In this document: piece by piece, positions 44,763 to 55,363 of the stretch
How positions within the stretch are numbered: position 1 is the stretch's first letter
Layout: each line of letters starts with the position of its first letter
Assembly (NCBI GenBank): GCA_012862495.1
Contig: BLSG01000314.1
Coordinates: forward strand, 220,609-284,608
DNA: 64,000 nucleotides
From: Thraustochytrium aureum
Taxonomy: Eukaryota
Direction of reading: 5' to 3'
Made by a program: the position numbers and the translations under genes
Notes under the pieces: generated by a model
The model's input: only the letters and a program-made list of their open reading frames with translations
Databases searched by the model: none
What the model was told of the DNA's origin: nothing

Positions 44763-46334
44763 ATGGCCAAGCTGGCACTGCTGCTGCTCTTGGTCGCGTT
44801 TGAGGCCGCCATCCTCGTCGCAGGCCACTCGGGCCCGCCCGCAAGCTGGTTGGGGAATCGCGGAGCATTCAGCAAAGCAGCGCCTACGTGTAGGGACAAC
44901 CGCAACACGATCGCGCCGATGGCGCCGCTCGGGAGCTGCGTCGCCAACAGGATGACCGGGTTTCCCAACCAGTGTCGCAAGATCACCGGCAACCCGGCCA
45001 AGACGTACGCGGCAAACTCCCAGGTTCGCATGCCGATCGATGTGGTCGCCCTGCACCACTCGTCCTGCGGGTACGTGCACCTAACCGGCCCGAACATCAT
45101 GGACGCGACCCAGTGGATCAACATGAGCCCTGGCGGCGCGTTCTGCCTTGACGCCCGCGACGGGCGGTACTCAACCTCCGTCACATTCACGATTCCTGAC
45201 GTCAAGGCCGGCAACTACAACCTGTGCCTGCTTCTCTGGGCTGGCGTGCAGCAGCAGGTGGACCGTCAGTTCCCCAACACGGATCGCCAGCACCACGCCT
45301 ACCACTCGTGCGGCGAGGTGCGCATCACTAACAACAACGCGGCCAACTTTGTGGCCCAGGCCATGTACCCGCTCGACATGGGACCCATCTACATCGGCGA
45401 CATCAACGGACGCGCCGTGTTCCAGGCGCGCGACGGCTACACGTGGAAAGGCGACGATGTAGCGGGCACCAAGAGGCGCGTTTGGCTTCGCCAGAAGATC
45501 ACCCAGCAGGGCGCGGTGTCGTACTGCGCGCAGGACGGCAAGCTCCACAGCACCGGCAACGCGGCCAATGCGTGCGCCGCGCCGCTTTACCGCGTTNNNN
45601 NNNNNNNNNNNNNNNNNNNNNNNNNNNNNNNNNNNNNNNNNNNNNNNNNNNNNNNNNNNNNNNNNNNNNNNNNNNNNNNNNNNNNNNNNNNNNNNNNNNN
45701 NNNNNNNNNNNNNNNNNNNNNNNNNNNNNNNNNNNNNNNNNNNNNNNNNNNNNNNNNNNNNNNNNNNNNNNNNNNNNNNNNNNNNNNNNNNNNNNNNNNN
45801 NNNNNNNNNNNNNNNNNNNNNNNNNNNNNNNNNNNNNNNNNNNNNNNNNNNNNNNNNNNNNNNNNNNNNNNNNNNNNNNNNNNNNNNNNNNNNNNNNNNN
45901 NNNNNNNNNNNNNNNNNNNNNNNNNNNNNNNNNNNNNNNNNNNNNNNNNNNNNNNNNNNNNNNNNNNNNNNNNNNNNNNNNNNNNNNNNNNNNNNNNNNN
46001 NNNNNNNNNNNNNNNNNNNNNNNNNNNNNNNNNNNNNNNNNNNNNNNNNNNNNNNNNNNNNNNNNNNNNNNNNNNNNNNNNNNNNNNNNNNNNNNNNNNN
46101 NNNNNNNNNNNNNNNNNNNNNNNNNNNNGATCTGGACTTGTCGTCGGCCTTGCAGGCGCGTTCGCTTTCGTTGTCGTTGGTGCGGCGGTATACAAGCGTC
46201 GTCAAGCGAGCGCTGCGCCATCTGCGGTGCCGCAAGGGCAAAGCAAGATTGGCGGGGGCCACCATCACGGCGGCGGGGCAGCCGCTGCCGTCAACCCGCG
46301 CTACGGAGAGCAAATGGGCCACTATTACGTCTGA
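44763..46334 (+). CDS. Secreted His1 (LPMO-like) protein with a C-terminal TM anchor and NPRY tail; gap 45597-46128
   Basis: Signal peptide ending VAG|H22; VVALHHSS; VTFTIPD..CLLLW...YHSCGEVRIT; after the gap, TM GLVVGLAGAFAFVVVGAAVY-KRR...NPRY (continuity across the gap is inferred). Confidence 0.75.
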   Translation: MAKLALLLLLVAFEAAILVAGHSGPPASWLGNRGAFSKAAPTCRDNRNTIAPMAPLGSCVANRMTGFPNQCRKITGNPAKTYAANSQVRMPIDVVALHHSSCGYVHLTGPNIMDATQWINMSPGGAFCLDARDGRYSTSVTFTIPDVKAGNYNLCLLLWAGVQQQVDRQFPNTDRQHHAYHSCGEVRITNNNAANFVAQAMYPLDMGPIYIGDINGRAVFQARDGYTWKGDDVAGTKRRVWLRQKITQQGAVSYCAQDGKLHSTGNAANACAAPLYRVXXXXXXXXXXXXXXXXXXXXXXXXXXXXXXXXXXXXXXXXXXXXXXXXXXXXXXXXXXXXXXXXXXXXXXXXXXXXXXXXXXXXXXXXXXXXXXXXXXXXXXXXXXXXXXXXXXXXXXXXXXXXXXXXXXXXXXXXXXXXXXXXXXXXXXXXXXXXXXXXXXXXXXXXXXXXXXXXXXSGLVVGLAGAFAFVVVGAAVYKRRQASAAPSAVPQGQSKIGGGHHHGGGAAAAVNPRYGEQMGHYYV

Positions 46335-46684
46335 GCAGTGCCTGGCTGAGCTTGGTGGGCTCGTTTGCGGCGCAGCGTCGCACGTTTTCACGCGCCTGAT
46401 ACCGTTCTAAGGAGTCGCAGCCACGACCAACCCGGAACTCTGCAAGACCCCGACCCAAGCGTTGCGGACTGCTACAGCTCTCGTTGCGCTCGAGGACCCC
46501 ATTCTCGTACGGAGACTTTGGCACAGCGGCGCATTCACCGCAATCGCCCCCAAGCTGGGCTTGACTGGTGGCGCCCGTGGCAACGCTGCAACGTGCTGTA
46601 CACTAGATTAAGAGCTGGTTGGGTGGGTGGTTCGTTGGATTTCAAATAAAAAAACCTTCAAATCTCTGGCCAGCCAGCTGCCGT

Positions 46685-47151
46685 TTACACGGGCATGAGC
46701 GTGTAGGTTTGCGTCTCAACGACGCTGACGCCAGGAATCGACTTGATCTTGGCAAGAAAGTCCTCCTCAGGAGCAAACCCAGCCTTTTCCCATTCCCCGA
46801 ACGACGCTGCGTCCACGGCAGTGATGACCTTAAAGTCCATGCAGCCGCCACACACGACGCGCTGCACAGATTTTACGCCCTGGACGCCCTTGAGCGCCCC
46901 CGCCGCGGCCTCCAGGGTCTCCTGCAGTTTCTGGAGCGAGGCCTTGTCGTCGTCGGGCGACCACTTGCACCTCCACTCGCGCGCAACGGTGTCAAACCTG
47001 TCCGCCGGCGCCACCCATCAGCACGCCTGCCTCCATCCATGCATGCATGCATGCATCCATCCATCCATGCAAGCACGAGCGCGCCCGAAGCGACCAGCTG
47101 CGCAGCCACAAACCCACCGACTCACTCGACTCCCTTGGTAATCTCCGGCAT
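46685..47151 (-). CDS. Small conserved-looking CGGC-motif protein, 112 aa, two exons (47151-47126, 46997-46685)
   Basis: ATG 47151 MPEITKGVE; donor GTGAGT at 47125; branch-like CTGAT; acceptor CAG ending at 46998; the spliced CDS is 339 nt and in frame, giving GVEFDTVAREWRCKW...QRVVCGGCMDFKVI. Confidence 0.88.
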
Positions 47152-48282
47152 CGTCCTGTCCACCAAGCTCGAAGCAAACCCTGCGAGGGAAGATGGCGGT
47201 CGCCTAGCAGCTCTTGCGCTCTTCTTCGGGCCGCTGTCCTTGCTCTGAAGCTGCTCAACGACGCGCTCGGCCGCTTTGGTTTCGGGTCTGCTGACAATCG
47301 AAGATCGATCGATCTTTGCATGTCCTGCGCGGCAGAGGATTGATCATCGACTGATTGTCCGAGGCCGACACGAACAATGAACAGGCAGGCGCCAGCCAGC
47401 ATGAGCGTCTCGGCTTTTGCTGCGACGCCCGCCCATGCGGCTCGGGGCTCGACAGCCGGCCACGGCTGCGCTGGCTGCGCTGGCCAGAGCAAGCGAGCAA
47501 GGAGCACTTGATCAAGACTGCGACGCAGGCGAGGCACGAGCTCCTGCCTCCCCTGCAGTTGCGTTCTCCCGCTGGCGCTGCATGTTGTCGAGCACAAGTT
47601 GGGCTCGAGGATGTGCTTGTCAACACAGACGGACTCGAAGATGCGGTTCTCGTGCGCGGCGCTCGTCAGCAGCCGCGCTGGTCCAGGCGGCGGTCTTGGT
47701 CGCAAGTCGAGGAGTGGGTGGGCCAATCTGCAGATCTTGCTCAAGACCTTGCTCAAGACCTTGCTCAAGACCTGCCGGCGCACGCGGCCTGAGGTGGCTG
47801 GCACACGCAGGCCTTCTCTGCAGGCCCAATGCGCGCCTTGTTGGCCTGCGCCGGCCGCTTCGACCCGCGCCGGTCGTGGTCGACAAGGTCGTCTCGCAAG
47901 GCCGGCCGGCGCCGTCGGCGCCAGCAGCGTCGGATCGGACAGCCATGCAACGACCTGCGCGGATCGTCGCGGCTGGCCCAGTGCGCTGTTGCCTGGCGGC
48001 CCAGGCCGGCCGCGGGCAGGCTGGGGCGCCCGCGTCGCTCTTGACAGCGCTCACAAGTCGCCTGCCCGTTGCGTTGAGCACGGAGGTCTCGCTCGCGCGA
48101 TGGTCAGAGAAATGTGCGAGCGATTTCTCTCGAGCCGAGTGCATTGTTGTGCACGCCAAACGCCAGACACAGTGCGACGGCGGAGGTCGAGCGCGGCACG
48201 GACGTGCCTACGGGCGAGCTTCTGGACGCTGCGAGAAAGCCGGGCAGAGTGCCTGCTGCGGCATCTCGGCTTGCGCGTCAAG

Positions 48283-49853
48283 ATGCTCTCCGCGGCTGTG
48301 GAGTGGGCCAAGACGGCGACCGCCAAGGCGGGCGGGCTCGAAGGCGCCGCGCCAGGCGAGTCGCCCGGGGAGGACGCGGCGCTAGCGCGGCGGACTGGGC
48401 CACGCAAGGCGCCGCTTGCAGGGGACGGCTCGCTCTTCGATGCAGAGGCTGTCGCAACGCGGCTGTTGTTCGACCTCAGCAGCGCCTCCAGCAGGGCAGG
48501 CAAGCGCGCAGCGCTCCGGAGAATGCAGGCGCTTGGAAGCACGCAGTGGAAGTCGAAGCGAGACGCCGAGCGCGCCGCGCAGCTGCTGGAGGCGCTCCGC
48601 GCACAAGCAAGCGACCTGATGCCCGCACTTGCCGAGGTCGTGCAAGACAATGCAGACTCGGGCGACTCGAGCTCGGACGAGTCAGACGACTCAGAGGACG
48701 AGGAGCTCGTCGCTCTGCAGTCTGACCGCGGTCTCCTCGCAACGGCCCTGACCGTGCTTGCAATCGTTCTGAGCGACGCAGAAGAGCGCGTCTGCGCACA
48801 GGCTGTCGCGCTTCGTGACTTTTTGCCCGAGGCCGTCGCGATCCTCGGCGCGCCCTCGGGGGACCAACCGTATGAGGCAGCCGTCGCGGTCGTGGTGGCG
48901 CTGCTCCGCCGGGGTTCCAAGGAGCATGCCAAGGCCTTTGCGAACAACGCCTGTCTGCCCGCAGTGTGCGACTTTGTGAGGTTTCGGTGCGGGCCAGGGC
49001 GCCGTCGCCCGGACGTCTTCCTGGCCGCGCTTGCGCGCGCGCTCGAGGTCAACCCCGACGTCTCACGGGTAGTTTTGCTCGAATCTCAAGCGGCCGAGGC
49101 GGTCCGCCCGTTCGCGCCCAGCTATGCGACGGCTCAGGCAATCCTGGACGCACTTGGCAACCCGCCAGAGCCGCCTTCTTCCTTTGCTTCCGAGCTCCTT
49201 TCGAGCGGCGAGGCGCTCGGGGAGCGCCTGTCGAAGCGCGTTCGCCGAACGGGGCCTGCGGCCTTTGCTCTCCACCTGGGGCTGCCCGAGGGCGCACTCG
49301 ATTGTGGCGCAGTGCACACGAGCGTGGTTGGCGGCACGGCGCCGGCCCTGTTGCCTGGAGAGAACTGGCCGCGCGGGTTTGTGTTCCTTTTCCAGTTCAA
49401 CCTGGCCACGACCCCCTCAATCGTCCGCTCCTCGCTTGGCGTCGGTGACGAGGGCCTCTTGCAGTGCTGGGCGCCTTCTCTTGGGTTTTTCGGCAACTCG
49501 AGGTGGGATCTGGCTCGCGTCCGCGTGATCCCCGAGAGCGCGTTTGCCAGCCTGGCGCGGTACCAGCCTCAAAACGAAACTGAGCTCGAGCACCAGGACT
49601 TTTGTTTTCGCTGCCCGAGCTTGGTGAGTTGAGTTGCCCGCGCCAGGTTCTGGCGTGGACAGGGGATGCTGCTTTGGGCGACGGGTCGGGCAAGCAAGTT
49701 GCTTCGGTTGCTGTGAGCTCCTCGGGCACTGTCTCGATACAGTACTGTGGTTGGCCGACTGATGTCAAGATTCAGTGTGACGAGGAGGGCTGCTTGGGCG
49801 TCTGTGAGCTCCCACGGGCTCAAGTCGAGGCGGGGGACGACGAAGAGTTCTAG
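48283..49853 (+). CDS. Helical (ARM-like) N-terminus + YwqG/DUF1963-like C-terminal domain; frame break near 49600
   Basis: SVVGG..P.LLPGENWP..FVFLFQFNLA....GLLQCW resembles DUF1963; continues in ORF 49602..49853. Confidence 0.55.
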
Positions 49854-50080
49854 CTAGAGGACGCCACCGCGAGAGCTTTCACTAACATTTCTCTACCTTA
49901 CACTTTCTCGACTCTCTCTCGAGCTAGAGAGCAAGGGATTAGCTCCCTACTCGAGTGGGCGCGCACGACGCCGGGAAGCGCAACAAAACCAGCTTGCTGA
50001 TGTGTGGCAACCGGCTCGTTTCGTGAAAGAATGCGGGCTGCCAGCGTGCGCCGCTCGCTGTACCGCCCTGACTGAATAGA

Positions 50081-50890
50081 CTAAGAGGCGCCCTCAACAG
50101 CGCTGGCACCGCTCGCCCCCTCGGCCTCGTCTTCCTCGACCTGTTCGATTGTAGGCCCCTCTCGCTCCTGCTCGGCACTGTCGGCTGCATGTTGGGCGAA
50201 TCTCTCTTGCGCCTCTGCAAAACGCTGCTCTGAGCGGGCTCGAAGAGCACCAGCGAAGTCCAATGCCCACACGAGGTCGCTGTCGCGCAATCTGCGCTGG
50301 GACAATGATGAACTTGGCTCGTTCGCTGTGCAGGTCGGGTCGAGCGTGTCAAGGAGCTGACCGACAAGTTTGGCGCTCGCTAGAGGCGCCGAAGCGGCCA
50401 GCACGGCGTCGCGAACTTGATGCCACCATAAGCCTAGTGCAGACCGGCCAAACGCCTTGGTTGCCTTCTGGCCGTTCCCGCGCGTCCTGTTCCAGAGCAT
50501 GTGCACAACCTTGTAGCGCTTGATTTCGTCCATGCGGTGCGCTGCCAGCTCCTCTTCGCCTTGAGGGTGGGCGGCTGCCCACTCCAGGGGGGTCGCCATC
50601 TCGACCGCGTTCACCGCGCGCAATATGCTGCCGCATAGCCTTTGCAAGACGACAGGGTCGAGGTCGTCGAGGGTCTGCCGGACCTCCACTTCGCCGCTGT
50701 CGCCAATCACGTGAATCTTTTGCTCCAGTTTGTTCACGCGCTGCTCGCTGAGCTTGACGGCCAGCAGGTTCTTCACGGCAGCTTCTATTTTGGGCGTTTC
50801 GTTCAACAGCTCGGACGCAAGCGCGAGCATATCGCGCTCGACTGCGTCGTCGACCTGCGCGGTCCCTGAGGCGTCCACGACGCCAGCCAT
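50081..50890 (-). CDS. Hypothetical protein (~269 aa)
   Basis: ATG 50890; protein-like helical composition with an acidic tail. Confidence 0.65.
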   Translation of the reverse strand: MAGVVDASGTAQVDDAVERDMLALASELLNETPKIEAAVKNLLAVKLSEQRVNKLEQKIHVIGDSGEVEVRQTLDDLDPVVLQRLCGSILRAVNAVEMATPLEWAAAHPQGEEELAAHRMDEIKRYKVVHMLWNRTRGNGQKATKAFGRSALGLWWHQVRDAVLAASAPLASAKLVGQLLDTLDPTCTANEPSSSLSQRRLRDSDLVWALDFAGALRARSEQRFAEAQERFAQHAADSAEQEREGPTIEQVEEDEAEGASGASAVEGAS

Positions 50891-51454
50891 CCTTGGAGCG
50901 GCTTCAACCCCACGCACCGCAGCCTTCCCCAGCCGCGTCCCCCAGCGCACTGCCCAAGCAGGCCACCCGCTCGAGATCCGAAGCTTCTGACGGCCTTGCC
51001 GGCCACGCCTGCAGCTCGCCCGACCGTCCGCTCGATTCCAGCTGCAGCTCCGCACCGCGCCCCAAACCCGTGGCAGCGTCCGTGGCCGTCGTCCGGGCCT
51101 TCTCTCCGCGTGTGCCGTCCCTTCGAGACAGGCTTCCAGGCTGTCCTTCCTGCTCGTTCGTCGTCCTTCCAGATCGTGTTTGTTCGTCCGCGAAGCCGCT
51201 TCGTCCATCGACGTCCTCGCGCTCTCCCTCGACGCCTCCCTCGCGGCCTGCCTCCATCGAGAGGCGCAGGAGGCCGGCCAACCTCCAAGCCCTCCAAGCC
51301 CTCCAAGCCCTCCAAGCCTCCAGCAGACAGGCAGACGCACAGGCAGACGCCCTTCGCTCCGGCGCAAGCAGACTCGGCGGAGCAGCAGCGCCAACGCGCC
51401 TGCCGCACGGCGGGGGAGGAGCGAGAGAGCTACGAGGACGGGCGCCGCGGGCGC

Positions 51455-51695
51455 GGGACCGCCGGGTGGGGTGTGGGGAGAGGGAGAGTGCTTGCTGCTT
51501 GCTTGCTTGCTTGCTGCTGTGCCTGGGCTTCACGCCGCTGCCGGACGAGGACGAGGTAGAGGCTGGCCAGCAGCTTGTCGACAGCTCGTCGGGCTACGTC
51601 GCTGCCAGGACGAACGAGGACCGCCGGGTGGGTAGTGGGAGATAGATAGCTTGCTGCTGTGCCTGGGCCTCGCGCCGCTGCCGGACGAGGACGAC
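51455..51695. repeat. Short dispersed direct duplication
   Basis: ggaccgccgggtggg...cttgctgctgtgcctgggc.tc.cgccgctgccggacgaggacga occurs at ~51455-51555 and ~51618-51695. Confidence 0.7.
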
Positions 51696-51800
51696 GGAGG
51701 TCAGCGCCAGGACCACGTGCCAAGGCTGCTTGCAAAGCAGCACCGAGGGGCCAGTGTAGGGCAGGACGCGCTTGCTGTTGTTCCGTCGCGAGCGGGAAGG

Positions 51801-52517
51801 ATGAGCAAGCTTGCAGCCATGTTCGGGAAGGACGGTGACAAAGAGGAGAAGAAGATCAATGACGACCTGCGCCGCAAGTATTTCGACGACAAGAGGGTCG
51901 AGTTCGAGACTGGGTGCGCCGCTGGCGACAAAGGCGCCTGCTATAGCCTCGGCGAGTGGTGGTTGCACTTCGGGAAGGACAGTGCCAAAGCGAAAGAGTA
52001 CATGTCGAAATCTTGCTACGAGCAAAACCACGGGAATGCATGCTTTACGCTGGCGCAGTTGTATCAGGGAAACCAGTTTGGCGAGGACGAGGAGGTGTGC
52101 AAGGCCAAAACCTTCGAGCTAAACAAACGCGCCTGCGAAGCGGGCAATGTGCAGGGCTGCGGGATGGCTGGCTCCTGCGCGATGCACGGGTTCGGCTGCA
52201 AGAAAGACGTGGCCAAAGCGGAGCAGTACTTTCGGGAGGCCTGCAAAGGGAACGACGCCCTGGCCTGCTTTAAACTCGGCCGCCTCTTCCTGGACGGCTT
52301 GGAAAAGCATGGCGTGGAACGGAACCCCGCCGAGGCGGCCAAGCACATGGCGAAGGGGTGCGACCTTGGCCACCCCAATTGTTGCCAGGTCTTGTCGGTG
52401 ATGTACAAAAAGGGGGATGGGGTCGAAGCGGACGCAACCAAGCACGAAAAGTACCGTGAGCGAACCATGGCAATTATTCAGCAGGCGGGGCAGGCGATGG
52501 GGGCCACAGTTGTCTAA
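51801..52517 (+). CDS. COA7: Cys-rich Sel1-repeat protein, COA7-like
   Basis: EF..GC......ACYSLGEW, KSCYEQNHGNACFTL, and repeated AC..G....C units. Confidence 0.78.
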   Translation: MSKLAAMFGKDGDKEEKKINDDLRRKYFDDKRVEFETGCAAGDKGACYSLGEWWLHFGKDSAKAKEYMSKSCYEQNHGNACFTLAQLYQGNQFGEDEEVCKAKTFELNKRACEAGNVQGCGMAGSCAMHGFGCKKDVAKAEQYFREACKGNDALACFKLGRLFLDGLEKHGVERNPAEAAKHMAKGCDLGHPNCCQVLSVMYKKGDGVEADATKHEKYRERTMAIIQQAGQAMGATVV

Positions 52518-52642
52518 AAACAAACACAGCAAGACAGATTAGGCCGCTACGGCAAGTTTCGGGGTAGCTGCGCTTGACCTTCTCGGACTGGCCCTCCTTC
52601 TCCTCTTGCGAAGCTCGGCCGACCCCGAATCCTGCGCTCGGC

Positions 52643-54655
52643 CTAGCGCGTGTGCAGGCGCGTGAGCGCTAGATATCCCGCCGTGCGCAGCACGACCAAG
52701 TAGCCCGCGAGAATGCCGATGTTGAACCAATAAGCAGTGAACGAGTCTGCGGTGATCTCCAGTCGACCAGCGAGCACTTGTTCGCCAGCGACCTCCTCAA
52801 ACGCGTAGAAACCGGCGATGTTGAGCGCGTTCCACGAGTAGGTGAAAAAGTTGGGAAAATACGCATACCAGCGAAACGCCCAGGTGATGCTCTGCACGTT
52901 GAGGAAGAAACCCATGAAGAGGATGTTGGGCATAAGCGTGATCGGTGTCAAAAACACCGCCACTTGGACGTCGCGCGCGACGCACGCAATGAGCGTGGCC
53001 CAAGAATGCACGTTGAGCACGTGCATGACGGCTGCCAAGAGCATGGCGAGAAACCTCCACGGGTCGCTCGGGTCGTACCCCGACATGTAGTAAACCAGGG
53101 CGAAAAACACCAAGGTCGGGACGAGCTGAAGCGGCACGTCACTGAGGGTCTTGGCCCAAAAGTATGCCGGGCCCGAGTACCATCGGTTGGACAACTCGCG
53201 CAACATCACTGCGCGCTCTGGCATAAAGGTCACAATGGTCGGGAGCGCCGACGACAGCATGAGGAACACCATAACAAACATGTTGAGCGAGACACGCTTC
53301 GCCGCTGAGGCCGGTACGAGCTCGAGTCCGCTGTACAATACGCCGATGATTAAGCCCACCACGAGGTGCGACACCAGCCTCGCCCGAGCGAGCGCCGGCT
53401 CGCGCCGCATGTGGCGAAAGTTGCGATTGATCAGGATGCCAAGTTGGCGCGAGAGCGAGATGAGAGGCTCTGCGTCGACGAGCAGTCCAGCGCCATCCTT
53501 GACGGCGCTTGGCTTGGCGGCTTCGATGTCGGCATCGGCGCCTTCCGTCGCAGGAGCGTCGGTTGTGGCGTCGCCAGCCGCTCCGGCTTGCTCGATCACG
53601 CGCTGGATGCGCGCCCCATCCTCCGCATCGCCCTCCTCGCCGCTGGTAACGAGGTCGAGGATATAGTCGGCCGGGTTGTAAAACTGAGGGCAGGCAAACC
53701 CTATCGAAGAGAAATAGTCCACAACGCTGGCCGTGGACCCGAAATAGGCGCACCTGCCGTTGACCAGGAGCAGGACGCGATCAAAGGTGAAAAACAGCGA
53801 CGAAGACGGCTGGTGGATCGTTGCCACCACGCCTCGGCCGTCCTCGCGCGTGGTGCGCTTCAGGACATTGACCACCATTTTTGACGAGCTGCTGTCCAGG
53901 CCGCTCGTGGGCTCATCAAGCACGCAAAACCGCGGGTTGCCCATCATCTCAACGGCGATCGCTAGGCGCTTGCGCTGCCCGCCAGAGCACCCTTTCCGCC
54001 TGCTCGGGTTGCCGACCAGGACGTCTCTGCAGGAGACAAGCCCAAAGTTCCGGAGCTTCTCCTCGACCTGGGCTCGGCACGCCTCGCGGCCTTTGTTGGC
54101 GTGGTCGTGGAAGAGGGCGCTTTCCATGAGCGCTTCGTCCACCGTCGCGGTCTCCATCAGCAGGTCGTCCTGCGGGACTAGGACGACCAAGCGGCGAAGC
54201 AGGTAGCGGGTCGCAACGGCGTTGTTGATCGCGAGCGAGCCGGCGCTGCTCTGGACGCGCCCGCAGATCACGCTGAGCAGCGTCGTCTTGCCAGCGCCGG
54301 ACGGGCCGAGAATAGCCACCATCTCACCAGCTCGAAAGGCGCCAGTCATGTTCTTCAGAAGCCAGGTGCGAGGCTCCCTCTTGCCGACTTGCACCCCAAG
54401 GCCTTCGAAGACGAGCTCCGCCCGCCCCTTGCTCGCAGCATCATTGAAGGGCGCTGCCTGGAGCTGTGCGTCGTCGGCGCCGATTTGCACCATACTTGTC
54501 ACGGCCTCCAAGCCTCGCGGCGCGCCGCCAGGCAGATCGAGCTCGTGCGGCCGACCGGCGGCCTCGCCGCTTCCTCCCAGGGCAGCTTGGTCTGCAACAA
54601 GCAAGGAGCTCGACCAAGTGCTCTGCTCTGACGTTGCCAAAGCGGGTTTGCTCAT
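52643..54655 (-). CDS. ABCG (White-like) half transporter, NBD-TMD
   Basis: AILGPSGAGKTTLL, VPQDD, CSGGQRKRLAIA, LDEPTSGLDS, TIHQPSS, CPQFYNPADY, ERAVMLRE, C-terminal TM helices. Confidence 0.96.
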   Translation of the reverse strand: MSKPALATSEQSTWSSSLLVADQAALGGSGEAAGRPHELDLPGGAPRGLEAVTSMVQIGADDAQLQAAPFNDAASKGRAELVFEGLGVQVGKREPRTWLLKNMTGAFRAGEMVAILGPSGAGKTTLLSVICGRVQSSAGSLAINNAVATRYLLRRLVVLVPQDDLLMETATVDEALMESALFHDHANKGREACRAQVEEKLRNFGLVSCRDVLVGNPSRRKGCSGGQRKRLAIAVEMMGNPRFCVLDEPTSGLDSSSSKMVVNVLKRTTREDGRGVVATIHQPSSSLFFTFDRVLLLVNGRCAYFGSTASVVDYFSSIGFACPQFYNPADYILDLVTSGEEGDAEDGARIQRVIEQAGAAGDATTDAPATEGADADIEAAKPSAVKDGAGLLVDAEPLISLSRQLGILINRNFRHMRREPALARARLVSHLVVGLIIGVLYSGLELVPASAAKRVSLNMFVMVFLMLSSALPTIVTFMPERAVMLRELSNRWYSGPAYFWAKTLSDVPLQLVPTLVFFALVYYMSGYDPSDPWRFLAMLLAAVMHVLNVHSWATLIACVARDVQVAVFLTPITLMPNILFMGFFLNVQSITWAFRWYAYFPNFFTYSWNALNIAGFYAFEEVAGEQVLAGRLEITADSFTAYWFNIGILAGYLVVLRTAGYLALTRLHTR

Positions 54656-55363
54656 GCTGCAACCGGCTGGCCGCCGCGGCAGCGCAATTGCGACTGCAGT
54701 TGCGGGAAGCCGGCTGCCGTTGCGGGCGCAGCAGGGCAAGTGGACTGGGTTCTGCCAGAAGAGGAAGAAGGGGAGCGAGGGAGGGCAAGTGCGCGAGTGA
54801 GCAAGTTGGTCTTTCTTTCGCTCGTGTACTACTTGTAGGAGTTTCAGGGCAGGGAATCAATCATTGCGCATTCGGGGCGCCCCCTCCGCCTCCGCCTCCG
54901 CTCCCTTCCACACAGTGAACTCACCGCCCGACGCAGCTCCTCCACACAGTGGAAGAATTCACCGCTCTTGACGCTCAAGGGCTTGCGGAGGCGGACGCGG
55001 AGGACCGGCGCTGAAGTGTGCACAGCAGTTTCAAGCCAAAGGCAGTGCCGTTATGCACTTAGTAGCCTATAGTGCTAATCTAAATCGCGCTAGTTGTAGT
55101 TAGTTTGGCGCCCGCGAGTCCCGGGGGTTGGTTGGCTTGCGCGTTGCTTCAGCTTGGCCGCGCGCGCCGGTGCGGAGGGTGCTCGTGGGTTCGCCTTGGT
55201 GATGGCGCACGCGTAGATTGTGGAGCGGAAGCGCGTTCCTCAGGCATCCAAGAAGGCGCATCCTCCCGCCCTCCGTGCCGCCCTCCATGCCGCCCTCCGT
55301 TCCTCCCTACCTGCCTAGGCGAGTCAGTTACGCGCTGGCCTGTCAGTTGGGCATGCATGCTGC

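Noticed and set aside
50130..50165. Hsp70-like GPTIEEVD TPR-binding motif (GPTIEQVEE)
   Set aside because: The motif is not C-terminal and lacks the terminal EEVD, so it is probably coincidental
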